Program-made: the position numbers and the translations under genes | NCBI GenBank assembly: GCA_038227875.1 | Contig: JBBRPR010000014.1 | Coordinates: 96,001 to 160,000 of the forward strand | Source of the DNA: Planctomycetota bacterium | GTDB taxonomy: Bacteria; Planctomycetota; SZUA-567; H5-PLA8 | Reading direction: 5' to 3' | DNA: 64,000 bases | In this document: piece after piece, positions 1 to 9,035 of the stretch | How the letters are laid out: each line of letters opens with the position of its first letter | How positions within the stretch are numbered: the stretch's first letter is position 1 | The notes under the pieces: model-generated | Databases searched by the model: none | The model's input: the letters and a program-made list of their open reading frames with translations, nothing else | Told to the model about the DNA's origin: nothing

Positions 1-363
1 GCCATTCCCCCACCGCCGGATCCGAATTCCGGAGCGGGATCGAAGTTGAATACGTACGCTTAAACAGCAGGGGTCAGGGGCCAGACGGGTTTAAGCGTAT
101 TCAGTCAGTGAGCCGCCGCGACGATGTTTGTCGCGGCGGCGAAGCTTTAGGGGCAGATCTTAGCTCTTGGGGCCGCGCCCCCCTTCTCAGGGTCACGCAT
201 ACCTTTGTGCCCAAAGGCACAAAGGTCCCGTCCCGCCTGCTCGCCGCCATTCCCCCACCACCGGACGTGAATTCCGATGTACGCTTAAACGGCAGGGGTC
301 AGACGGGTTTAAGCGTATTCAGTCCGTGAGCCGCCGCGACGATGTTTGTCACGGCGGCGAAGC
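1..363. repeat. Two diverged direct copies (1-145, 246-363) of a REP-like palindromic element
   Basis: Both copies share GCCATTCCCCCACC..., the inverted arms TACGCTTAAAC/GTTTAAGCGTA and the hairpin GCCGCCGCGACGA-TGT-TTGTC(G/A)CGGCGGC. Copy 1 may be cut by the window edge. Confidence 0.85.
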
Positions 364-452
364 GAAGCACGGTGTTGATATTTTGTGTTTTGAATGTCTT
401 GCGCAGTGCTCGAATCAATTTCAACTCAAAACTAAAAACTCACAACTCAAAA

Positions 453-1835
453 CTATTTCTGCCTATGCATCTGCGGTCCGCTGCGACTTTTGGATGTCGT
501 AAACGTCCACTCTTTCTTGAACGGTTTACCGTCGATGTCCGCGGTGGCTTCGGCGACGTAGATCGTGCCGGGCTTCAGCGGAGTTTTGGCGATCAGGCAA
601 ATCGTGTTCATATTGTCGCCGAACATTTTGTCGGCAGGCTTTTCGGGCGTCGAGACCCAGGCGTCGACGGCGGCTCCGGAGAGGCTGCCTTCGTGAAGCG
701 TCAGCGCGCCGTTCTTCACTTTCTGGCCATTGGGGAAGGTGATCGTCACGGTCTCGCCGACGCCGCCACTGGGTGTTTCGGGAATGGGGCTGGGGCCTTC
801 ACGGCCGTTCCAACCGGTGCGGACATTTGTGGCGTCCGGGGGCGGATAGCAGAAGGGCTCTTTCATCGTCACTTTTTTCTTCGGGCCGTCGTGAACGTTG
901 ACGGTGGTGAACCCATCTCCGTTGTTGATGCCGGTGACGGCCAGGTCGGACTCCAGCATGGAGATGCGATGGAAAAACGTGTCGAGGAGATTGATCACAC
1001 CCGAGCGTGCGTCGCCGGGATTGCCGCTGATCACGCAGCCCATGCCGGCCTTGGCGCCATCGGCGCTGTATTCCGGCGCAGCCTTGTCTTCGACATGGGT
1101 GATGCCGTGCTTGGCCATGTACTTGATGTGAAGCGCGCCAATGCGTTCGAGTTCCGGATCGCGCTTAAGGGGCTGTAGTTTCAGGACCGCGCGGACGCCG
1201 TTGAGCACCGTCAGCGCGCCCTCGGCGCTGCCATCGCCGGAAGCGAGAAGGGCGCCGAAGTCTCCGCCCTTGGAAAACGTGATCGAATTACCCGAGGGCG
1301 AAATCTTTACGCTCCATTCATCGTTGCCGATTTTCACAGGATCGCCCGGATTCAGGACGGTGGTTTTGTCGAGCACCATCTGATCGCCTTCACCGTCAAA
1401 ACGGCCGTCGGAATTCACATCGATCAATGCGATCGGTTTGCCCTGAAACGTGCCGAGGCGCGCCTGGACGCTCACGACAGTGTAGCCGTCGCCTTTCTTA
1501 TCGAGCTTGTAGCGGTAGGAATCGGTGGTGTTGTCGGAGTAAGTGGCGGTGACGTTCCAGATGCCACCGGCGGGCATCAGCTTGGTGCCGTTCATGCCGA
1601 GGTTGACGTACACGCCTTCGGGTGCGACGCGCGCGGTAATGGGCTTGCCGCTGCTGTCGTTGAGAGGGAGCGAGCCATCAAACTTGAGCTCTGTTGGCGT
1701 CTTGATCTGCCAGTCCTTGAGCTCTTCGAAGCTGACGGCGTGCATGGGAACTTTGACGACGTCCTCCGCAGAAGCCGAAGCAACGGCAAAGAAACATAAG
1801 ACGCACACGTGCGTCCGTAAGGCAGTGAACCGCAT
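453..1835 (-). CDS. Secreted CAP/SCP-like domain protein with a C-terminal Ig-like domain
   Basis: Signal peptide (..AVASASA); DVNSDG Ca-binding-type loop; LNGVRAVLKLQPLKRDPEL..H..YM..H and FFHRISML resemble the CAP fold; C-terminal PLKPGTIY..WTFTT. Confidence 0.7.
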   Translation of the reverse strand: MRFTALRTHVCVLCFFAVASASAEDVVKVPMHAVSFEELKDWQIKTPTELKFDGSLPLNDSSGKPITARVAPEGVYVNLGMNGTKLMPAGGIWNVTATYSDNTTDSYRYKLDKKGDGYTVVSVQARLGTFQGKPIALIDVNSDGRFDGEGDQMVLDKTTVLNPGDPVKIGNDEWSVKISPSGNSITFSKGGDFGALLASGDGSAEGALTVLNGVRAVLKLQPLKRDPELERIGALHIKYMAKHGITHVEDKAAPEYSADGAKAGMGCVISGNPGDARSGVINLLDTFFHRISMLESDLAVTGINNGDGFTTVNVHDGPKKKVTMKEPFCYPPPDATNVRTGWNGREGPSPIPETPSGGVGETVTITFPNGQKVKNGALTLHEGSLSGAAVDAWVSTPEKPADKMFGDNMNTICLIAKTPLKPGTIYVAEATADIDGKPFKKEWTFTTSKSRSGPQMHRQK

Positions 1836-2026
1836 AGTTTTCTCCCGCGCGTTAAGGCATGTCGCCAGGAAGGGCGACGTGACGTAAAACTATATACACC
1901 AGATGTAAAAGCCGCGCAGGAAAGTGGAATTATATCTGCACATGAGCGCCGTGCGCGTTGGCGAAAGCGTGCTACACTGTTGCAAATTTGCAGCAGGATC
2001 CGGCCGACTTAGAGGTCTTGAATGTT

Positions 2027-2719
2027 ATGAGTGACGAAGACAAGCCCAATCCCAAACCCAAGGGGCCGCGCGAATATGTGGTCAACACGGAGCGCGAAAA
2101 AGCGACGCGCAAGCCGCGCACGCGCTTCCTATTCAAATTTATCGCGCTGATTCTGGTGCTGCTGATGGGCGCGTGGGGTTGGTATTCTTACAAGAGCGGC
2201 AAGCCCATCGACCTCAGCGACGCCAAGCAGCGTGACGAGACCCTCGACGCAGCGCGCAAGGACGCGGAACTGGCTGCAGCGAAAACCAAAGAGGTTGGCA
2301 CCGAAGCCATTGCGTGGGCGCAACGGAGCCTCGGCGACCTGGCGAAGATCATCAAAGGCAAGCCGCCGGAGACGAAAGAGGAAATCAAAGTGCTCGTCGA
2401 TGAGTCGAAACAAGCCGTGGAGACTGCCAAGCCGGCCACTGCAACCCCGGTGGCTCCGCCTGTCGTGAGCCCCATCGCCGACGCGCAGGCCGAGTACCGC
2501 ATTGGGCAGGAATATTATGCGAAGACCGACCCAATGGCTTCTCAGAAGCAAGTTCAGTCGAATCTGCATCTGGCCGAGCCGCACTTTTCAAAGTGTCTGG
2601 ATCTGCTTGAAGCCGCACGCACGCGAAAAGTAAACGGAGCGGAGATCGATCGGCTGGAACAAGCGGCGGCGCGACGGCTGTACGACTGCCGAAAACGTAT
2701 GGAGTTGCAGCGGAATTAA
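2027..2719 (+). CDS. Single-pass membrane-anchored hypothetical protein
   Basis: ATG 2027 (MSDEDK) inside ORF 1958-2719; one hydrophobic segment FLFKFIALILVLLMGAWGWY followed by a helical domain. Confidence 0.75.
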   Translation: MSDEDKPNPKPKGPREYVVNTEREKATRKPRTRFLFKFIALILVLLMGAWGWYSYKSGKPIDLSDAKQRDETLDAARKDAELAAAKTKEVGTEAIAWAQRSLGDLAKIIKGKPPETKEEIKVLVDESKQAVETAKPATATPVAPPVVSPIADAQAEYRIGQEYYAKTDPMASQKQVQSNLHLAEPHFSKCLDLLEAARTRKVNGAEIDRLEQAAARRLYDCRKRMELQRN

Positions 2720-2859
2720 CGTCCGAGGCCTCCGAAAATCGGACGGCGCGCCCACCGAAATTCAATCAGTGTCTCGTCTTATAGAGGCATGTCGTTCGCC
2801 TTTCCTTCGCAATTTTAGGAACGCAAATTGCTCAAAGTGGTTCGGTTTTTGGAGCCATC

Positions 2860-3306
2860 ATGGATTCGACCGTTCGCGGCAATGTTCTGGTTGTAGAAGA
2901 CGATCAGGACTGCGGCCATATGATTGTCAGGATTCTCAGCAATGCTGGGTATGGAGTACGATGGGCGCCGACGCGCGAAGCGGCGGTCGCGGCATTGGGT
3001 CGTTATCTTTACGATTACATCATTCTTGATCTGCGCATGCCGGGAATGCCGACGGAAGTGTTTTTGAAAATCGTCGGGGCCTCGTCGCGCGAGATCAACA
3101 TCGTTCTGACCACCGCCGAAACCGACGCTGCTCGCGAAGCCAAGCGGCTGGGGATTGCAAACTTTCTGGGCAAACCATTCATGCCCGAAGATCTGCTGGC
3201 TGTCCTGCGCAAGCTTTCGTCAGGCGTGCGGAAAATTCCCGAAGGATTTCGGCCTCCGCCACCACCAACAACGCCGTCACCCACACCCACGCCCAAATCG
3301 AACTAA
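2860..3306 (+). CDS. Single-domain response regulator (receiver)
   Basis: VLVVEDD, IILDLRMPG phospho-Asp, LGKPF; GGAG RBS upstream; Pro/Thr-rich tail. Confidence 0.9.
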   Translation: MDSTVRGNVLVVEDDQDCGHMIVRILSNAGYGVRWAPTREAAVAALGRYLYDYIILDLRMPGMPTEVFLKIVGASSREINIVLTTAETDAAREAKRLGIANFLGKPFMPEDLLAVLRKLSSGVRKIPEGFRPPPPPTTPSPTPTPKSN

Positions 3307-4646
3307 AGCACTTTATTTTCGCGCGTGACCTGCGCGTACCATTTGGCGCTGAGCTTGGGCTTTCGTTCCAAGGTATTGAAGTCGGTGTGGTAGATGCCAA
3401 AGCGCTTGCTGTAGCCTTCGGCCCATTCGAAATTGTCCATCAGCGACCAGAGGAAGTAGCCTTTCAGATCGACGCCGTCGGTGGTGGCGCGCTGGGCTGC
3501 TCTCAAATAGGCGCGGAGAAACTCCAGGCGGTCGACGTCGAGGCATTCGCCTTTGGTATTCAACGCATCGAACGCGCAGCAGCCGTTCTCGCTGATGAAC
3601 AACGGCTTCTTTATGAGTTCGCCGACGAAGCGCAGCGTCCAGTACAGGCAGTCGGGTGTGTGCTTGAGCCAGCCGATGTTGTAGGTCGGGTAACTCTCCG
3701 TCATGTCAATGGCTTCCGGTCCGGTGGCCGTGGCGCGGGCGAACGATCCCGAATAAATGTTGAGCGCGACGAAATCGAGCGGCCGGGAAATCTGCGCCAT
3801 GTCGCCGGCTTCCATTTTCGGCGGCGTGACTTTCTGCAGTTCAAACCAGAGCGGATTGTACTGGCCGGTGAGCACCGGGACGAGCATGCCGCCGTTGTTG
3901 ATGTTGAAGCATTTTCGCGCCGCGTCGATGTGTTCGGGCGTTTCCATCACGGGCATGTAGTTGGACGGATTTTCGGCCAGGCCCACGTTGACCTTGCGCG
4001 GCGCGTTGGCGCGGATGGCATCGACACTTAAGCCATGCCCCAGCAGCGCATGATGGATGATCGGGACGAGTCGCTGGTTGTCGACCTTTTCGCCCGGTGC
4101 ATGAATGCCGCGGCCGTAACTGAGCGCCGTGAAGCACACAAATTCGTTGATCGTCATCCAGTTCTCAACGCGGTCGCCGAGCGCCTTGGCGCAAATGCCG
4201 GCGTAACGCGCGAGATCGTAGGCGCTCTGCCGGCCATGCCAGCCGCCGTGCTTTTTGTACGTGGCCTCGGGCATATCCCAGTGGTAGCAGGTCGCGTAGG
4301 GAGTGATGCCGGCTTCGAGCAGCGCGTCGACGAGGCGGCTGTAGAAATCCAACCCCTTCTGATTAACCGCCCCATCGCCGTCGGGAACCACGCGCGGCCA
4401 GGCAATCGAAAAGCGGTACATCGAGACACCGAGGTCCTTCATCAACTGGATGTCTTCTTTGAAGCGATGGTAATGATCGCAGGCGACGTTGCCGGTGTCG
4501 CCGTTCTTCACTTTGCCGACCGTGTGACTGAACGTGTCCCAGACGGAAGGTTTACGGCCATCCTCGTTATGCGCGCCTTCGATCTGGTAACTGGCGGTGG
4601 CGACGCCCCATTTGAAATTGGTCGGGAAAGAAAAGTTGGACGGCAT
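3303..4646 (-). CDS. bglA: GH1 family beta-glucosidase
   Basis: FKWGVATASYQIEG, YRFSIAWPR, TINE acid/base, ISENG nucleophile, WSLMDNFEWAEGY. Confidence 0.95.
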   Translation of the reverse strand: MPSNFSFPTNFKWGVATASYQIEGAHNEDGRKPSVWDTFSHTVGKVKNGDTGNVACDHYHRFKEDIQLMKDLGVSMYRFSIAWPRVVPDGDGAVNQKGLDFYSRLVDALLEAGITPYATCYHWDMPEATYKKHGGWHGRQSAYDLARYAGICAKALGDRVENWMTINEFVCFTALSYGRGIHAPGEKVDNQRLVPIIHHALLGHGLSVDAIRANAPRKVNVGLAENPSNYMPVMETPEHIDAARKCFNINNGGMLVPVLTGQYNPLWFELQKVTPPKMEAGDMAQISRPLDFVALNIYSGSFARATATGPEAIDMTESYPTYNIGWLKHTPDCLYWTLRFVGELIKKPLFISENGCCAFDALNTKGECLDVDRLEFLRAYLRAAQRATTDGVDLKGYFLWSLMDNFEWAEGYSKRFGIYHTDFNTLERKPKLSAKWYAQVTRENKVL

Positions 4647-4747
4647 GCGCTGCTCCTGAAGTTTTGGCTAGAGTCCCCGTGACTGCCAGAGCTAACACGT
4701 ACGTCGGATTTTGAAACCGAAAGCATGAAATTGTTCCACGCGCGAGC

Positions 4748-5560
4748 CTACACCGAGCGGCGGAATTCCGCGGGCGTCTGTCCGGTGACCTGCTTGAACT
4801 GGCGGCTGAAAAAATAGAGATCGCAGTAGCCCAGGCGTTCGGCAATGGCCTTGATCGGCAGGTGTTCGGCCAACAGCGTTTTGGCGAGATCGATGCGCCG
4901 CAGCAGGCGATAGCGGACGGGCGAGACGCCGACCTCCGCAGTGAAGCGTTTACGGAAGCGCTCGTAACTGAGGTGGAATTGATCCGCGATGGCAGGAAGG
5001 TCCAGCTCGCGTTCAAGTTCCTGTTCGAGGAGCGCGGACGCGGAGCGCCCGAAGTTGCCGCCGACGCTCGACAGTCGCTGCGAATCGTGGAGGTCGAGGA
5101 TCTCGGCGATGAGCACATGAATGCGCGCGGTCATGATCGCATCGCTGGGCAGCTGATTGGTGATGAAGTCGTGGATCAAACGATTAAAGGATGCGATCAG
5201 AGTCGGCGCGAGGCCCGGCTTCCACACGGGCTCAGTACGCTTGAGCAGTCCGTCGCGTTCAAGCTGCTGAAAAATGTTGCCTTGGAATGTGACGAACGAT
5301 TCATGCCATTGCGGCGTCGGCCAGTAGCTGTGACGCAGACCGGGGAAGAGGACCAGGACGTCGCCGGGCGCGACAGGGAAGGCGCCGTTCTGAAGATCTT
5401 CGTAGTGGCCGCTGCCGCCGGTGACGTAAACGAGCGCGTATGCCATAAGGTCGCGCTGGTTGGTGAAATTGTCCTGCGGCTTGGCATGAATATGCCCCGC
5501 GGAAATGACGGCGGCGGTCTTCCGATTCAAGGCATGACGGAACCGCGTCTGCGCGGTCAT
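4748..5560 (-). CDS. AraC family transcriptional regulator
   Basis: N-terminal cupin plus C-terminal double HTH (IAERLGYCDLYFFSRQFKQVTGQTPAEFR). Start is ATG 5560 or GTG 5587. Confidence 0.9.
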   Translation of the reverse strand: MTAQTRFRHALNRKTAAVISAGHIHAKPQDNFTNQRDLMAYALVYVTGGSGHYEDLQNGAFPVAPGDVLVLFPGLRHSYWPTPQWHESFVTFQGNIFQQLERDGLLKRTEPVWKPGLAPTLIASFNRLIHDFITNQLPSDAIMTARIHVLIAEILDLHDSQRLSSVGGNFGRSASALLEQELERELDLPAIADQFHLSYERFRKRFTAEVGVSPVRYRLLRRIDLAKTLLAEHLPIKAIAERLGYCDLYFFSRQFKQVTGQTPAEFRRSV

Positions 5561-5615
5561 CGGCTTTGGTTTTGGAGGTTTTCGCACCGCGCATTGCCCT
5601 TCCTGTCAGATACTC

Positions 5616-5690
5616 AAATGACCATCTAACACAAAACGATGACCAGTCAATCCATTGATGCACAAGCGCCATTGCTGTTTAATGTTACCA
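5616..5690 (+). promoter_or_regulatory. Putative AraC half-sites and promoter of the PhyH pair
   Basis: ATGACCA direct repeat at 5618 and 5639 (21-bp spacing, typical of AraC-family sites) in the divergent intergenic region, followed by TTTAAT. Confidence 0.4.
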
Positions 5691-5760
5691 TGCAGGGGCG
5701 AGACAGCTCCGGTAACCAAAAATCACAACAGCGTCATTTGAACGATGGAGATAAAAAGCG

Positions 5761-6678
5761 ATGGTCGCGACTGCGGAAAAGCTGGTTCTGCCGGTGGGCA
5801 CGCGTCAGATGGAGCTCGGAAAGGACATCTTTCTGCTGCGCGAAAGCAACGACGTGCTCCATGACGTCGAAGCCTTGCGCGCCCGAATGAAGGAAGACGG
5901 CTACCTCTTCATTCGCGGCCTGCACGACAAGGATCAGGTGCTGGCCACCCGCCGCCGCATGCTCGAGAAACTCGCCGAAAACGGTGCGCTCGATCCGAAA
6001 GCGCCGCTGATGGATGCGGTGATCAATACGGCCAATCCGCGCGGCAAATTCTTCGGCGGCACCAATCAGCTCACCACGCTGCCTGAGTTTCAAGAGCTGG
6101 TGAAGTCGCAGCGTTTGATGAATTTCTTCGAACGCTTCCTCGGCGGTCCGGCCCTGACGTTTGATTACAAGTGGCTTCGTGTTGTCTCCAACGGCGATTT
6201 TACCGGTGCGCATTACGACGTCGTCTACATGGGCCGTGGCACGCATAACCTCTACACCACGTGGACGCCGATCGGCGACTGTACGTGGGATCTGGCACCG
6301 CTGGCGGTTTGCTCCGGTTCGCACAAGGACGAGTTCCGCAAACTTCACGACACCTATTGCAAGATGGACGTCGACCGCGACCACGTCCAGGGCTCGTTCT
6401 CCGACGATCCGTACGAGATCAGCGAGAAGTTCGGCGGGCAGTGGCAGACGGCGGAATTCAAAGCCGGCGACGCGCTGGTCTTTGGTATGCACACGCTCCA
6501 CATGTCGCTGAAGCACACCGGTAAGTCGTACCGCATCAGTTCCGATACGCGCTACCAGCTGGCCGCGGATCCCGTGGACGAACGGTGGGTCGGCGAAAAT
6601 CCGAAGGCGCACTACGCCTGGCATAATCCCGAGAAGAACAAGTCGATGGCCGAAGCGCGCAAGGAATGGGGCGTGTAG
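5761..6678 (+). CDS. Phytanoyl-CoA dioxygenase (PhyH) family Fe(II)/2OG dioxygenase, copy 1
   Basis: EDGYLFIRG, H-Y-D iron motif, distal His in TLHMS, RISSDTR; GGAG RBS. Confidence 0.9.
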   Translation: MVATAEKLVLPVGTRQMELGKDIFLLRESNDVLHDVEALRARMKEDGYLFIRGLHDKDQVLATRRRMLEKLAENGALDPKAPLMDAVINTANPRGKFFGGTNQLTTLPEFQELVKSQRLMNFFERFLGGPALTFDYKWLRVVSNGDFTGAHYDVVYMGRGTHNLYTTWTPIGDCTWDLAPLAVCSGSHKDEFRKLHDTYCKMDVDRDHVQGSFSDDPYEISEKFGGQWQTAEFKAGDALVFGMHTLHMSLKHTGKSYRISSDTRYQLAADPVDERWVGENPKAHYAWHNPEKNKSMAEARKEWGV

Positions 6679-6731
6679 GGAATGTCGAAGTCTGAATGTC
6701 GAATGTCGAATTGAAAACACGGAGCGACGCA

Positions 6732-7649
6732 ATGGTGACGATCTGCACAAAGAACACGGTCCTGCCGGTGGGCAAGGCGCAGATGGAATTGGGCAAGGAC
6801 ATTCTGCTGCTCCGTGAAAGCAACGACATTCAGCACGATCCCGAAGCGCTGAACGCGCGGATGAAAGAAGACGGGTATCTGTTCATCCGAGGGCTTCACG
6901 CGCGAAACGAAGTTCTCGAAGCGCGCCGGCAGATGCTCGAGAAGCTCGCTGAAAACGGCGCGATCAAGCCGGAAACGGATTTGATGGATGGCGTGATCAA
7001 CACGGAAGCGAAGAGCGGCTTTTTTGGCGGCACAAACCAACTGACGACGCGGCCGGGATTTCAGCACCTGGTGAAATCACCGCGGATCATGGGCTACTTC
7101 GATCAGTTCTTGGGCGAGAAGGCGCTGACGTTCGATTTCAAATGGCTGCGCGTGGTCAGCACCGGCGATTTCACGGGCGCGCATTACGACGTCGTCTACA
7201 TGGGGCGCGGCACGCCGAACCTGTACACCTGCTGGACACCGATCGGCGATACGCCGTTCGAGCTCGGACCGCTGGCCATCTGCGTCGGCTCGCACAAATC
7301 CGAATTCGCGCGGCTGCACGAAACCTACGGCCGGATGGACGTAGATCGCGATCACGTTCACGGCTGGTTCTCCGACGACCCCAAGGAGGTCGTGAATCAG
7401 TTCGGCGGCAAGTGGCACACGGCAGAATTCCAGGCTGGCGACGCGCTGATTTTCGGAATGTACACCATGCATATGTCGCTGAAGCACACCGGCTCGCGCT
7501 ATCGCATTAGCGCGGACACGCGCTACCAGCGCGCCAGCGAAGCGGTGGACGAACGCTGGATCGGCGAAAAGCCGAAAGCGCACTACGCATGGAACAACCC
7601 CGAGAAGAACAAGACGATGGAACAGGCGCGGAAGGAATGGGGCGTGTAG
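6732..7649 (+). CDS. PhyH family dioxygenase, copy 2 (tandem paralog)
   Basis: Colinear with copy 1 and the same length (305 aa from ATG 6732, GGAG RBS); HYD and TMHMS motifs intact. Confidence 0.9.
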   Translation: MVTICTKNTVLPVGKAQMELGKDILLLRESNDIQHDPEALNARMKEDGYLFIRGLHARNEVLEARRQMLEKLAENGAIKPETDLMDGVINTEAKSGFFGGTNQLTTRPGFQHLVKSPRIMGYFDQFLGEKALTFDFKWLRVVSTGDFTGAHYDVVYMGRGTPNLYTCWTPIGDTPFELGPLAICVGSHKSEFARLHETYGRMDVDRDHVHGWFSDDPKEVVNQFGGKWHTAEFQAGDALIFGMYTMHMSLKHTGSRYRISADTRYQRASEAVDERWIGEKPKAHYAWNNPEKNKTMEQARKEWGV

Positions 7650-7788
7650 GAATGTTGAAGAAGTGAATGTCGAATGTCGAATGTCGAAGCGCGCGGAACT
7701 TCGCGCGCAGTAAATTAGTAGTCTAATCCGACCTACTCAAGCGCCGCCCTATCCTGTAGGGTGGCTGTTCTCTTGAGGGGTCGACGTT

Positions 7789-8883
7789 ATGAAGCGGCTG
7801 AGTTTTCTCTCCCTTATTATTGGCGCTGTTCTAATTTCATCACACGCATTTGGAGCTGCGGTCGACGACGCGCGCACGTTGCAAAGCGAGGCGACGGCGA
7901 TTTTGCGGGCGTCCAGCGGCGCGGTGGCCGATCCGAAGGTCTACGCGGAAGCGGTACGCAAGCTGGAGAAAGCGCAGTCGCTGCTCGACGAGGCGGAAAA
8001 AGCCAAAACGCCGAACATCGATTCGCTGCAGCAGGAGGTGTCGTCGGCGCTCTTCTGGGCGCGGAAATTCTCGACGGTGCAGGTCATTGACGAACTGGCC
8101 GGCAAGCCGTCGAAGCCACCGGACACAAATGGCGCCGACGCGGCATTCAAGCGCGCCGAGCAATTCGAATCGCAACACAGCGGCGACGACTACGCGATTG
8201 CGCTGCGTTGGTTCCAATTTTCATCCGAATACAGCGGCACGGAACTGGCCCTGCGCGGACTGGCGCGCGCGCGGGAAGCGCAGTCCCGCTATCAGGCCGT
8301 GGAGGCCGCGAAGAAGCAGGCCGCCGAACCGCAGACAGCCGAGAGCAAGTTGCTCGACGAAGGCAACGCCCTCTTTCAGCAGAAGAAATTCGACGAGGCG
8401 CTGGCAAAATTCAATGAAGCGAAGAAGGCCGCGGACTCCACGCTGGTCGAACGGCGCATCGGCCATACGTACGTGGAGCAAGGCCACGCGCTGCGCGACC
8501 AGTATGCGGCGCAGTACCTGCCCGTGTTAAAGGAGTACAACGACGCGAAGCAGAAGGGCGACCAGCGCGCGATGGTGGCGCTGACGCAGAAGGCTCGCGA
8601 TGTGGTCACCAAATTGAAGCCGGTGGAGGATGCGGCGTTTAAAGCGTATGCGAACGCGGAACTGGCGTTTCAGAAGGGACTGGATCTGGCGAAGAACAAG
8701 GATCTGGAATGCGAAGCCTACATCGCTTTCAACAATTACGACCGCGGCAAGGACAAACACCAGCGTGCGAAATTGCAATTGGCGGAGCTCTTTGGTAAGT
8801 ACCAACCGGCCAACGACGAAGAGCGCTCGACGTTTGAGTTTGCCAAGAATCTGTTCCGCCAGCTCGGTGGAGTTTTGAAGTAA
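7789..8883 (+). CDS. Secreted alpha-helical TPR-like protein
   Basis: Signal peptide (..SHAFG); TPR-like EGNALFQQKKFDEALAKFNEA. Confidence 0.75.
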   Translation: MKRLSFLSLIIGAVLISSHAFGAAVDDARTLQSEATAILRASSGAVADPKVYAEAVRKLEKAQSLLDEAEKAKTPNIDSLQQEVSSALFWARKFSTVQVIDELAGKPSKPPDTNGADAAFKRAEQFESQHSGDDYAIALRWFQFSSEYSGTELALRGLARAREAQSRYQAVEAAKKQAAEPQTAESKLLDEGNALFQQKKFDEALAKFNEAKKAADSTLVERRIGHTYVEQGHALRDQYAAQYLPVLKEYNDAKQKGDQRAMVALTQKARDVVTKLKPVEDAAFKAYANAELAFQKGLDLAKNKDLECEAYIAFNNYDRGKDKHQRAKLQLAELFGKYQPANDEERSTFEFAKNLFRQLGGVLK

Positions 8884-8895
8884 ATTGCGCCATGC

Positions 8896-9022
8896 ATGGA
8901 TGTGTGGATGTATGCGCGTAGCGAAAACAGCCGCTCATCCGTGCCGGGGCGCACAGAGTTGGCTGAGCATAACGCACGGATGAGCGAATTCCTTCGCTAC
9001 GCTTAGGAATTCGCACATCCAT
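8896..9022. repeat. Long imperfect inverted repeat (REPIN-like)
   Basis: Nested arms ATGGATGTG/CACATCCAT, GCGTAGCGAA/TTCGCTACGC and CGCTCATCCGTGC/GCACGGATGAGCG. Confidence 0.75.
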
Positions 9023-9035
9023 GGCACAAAGGACG

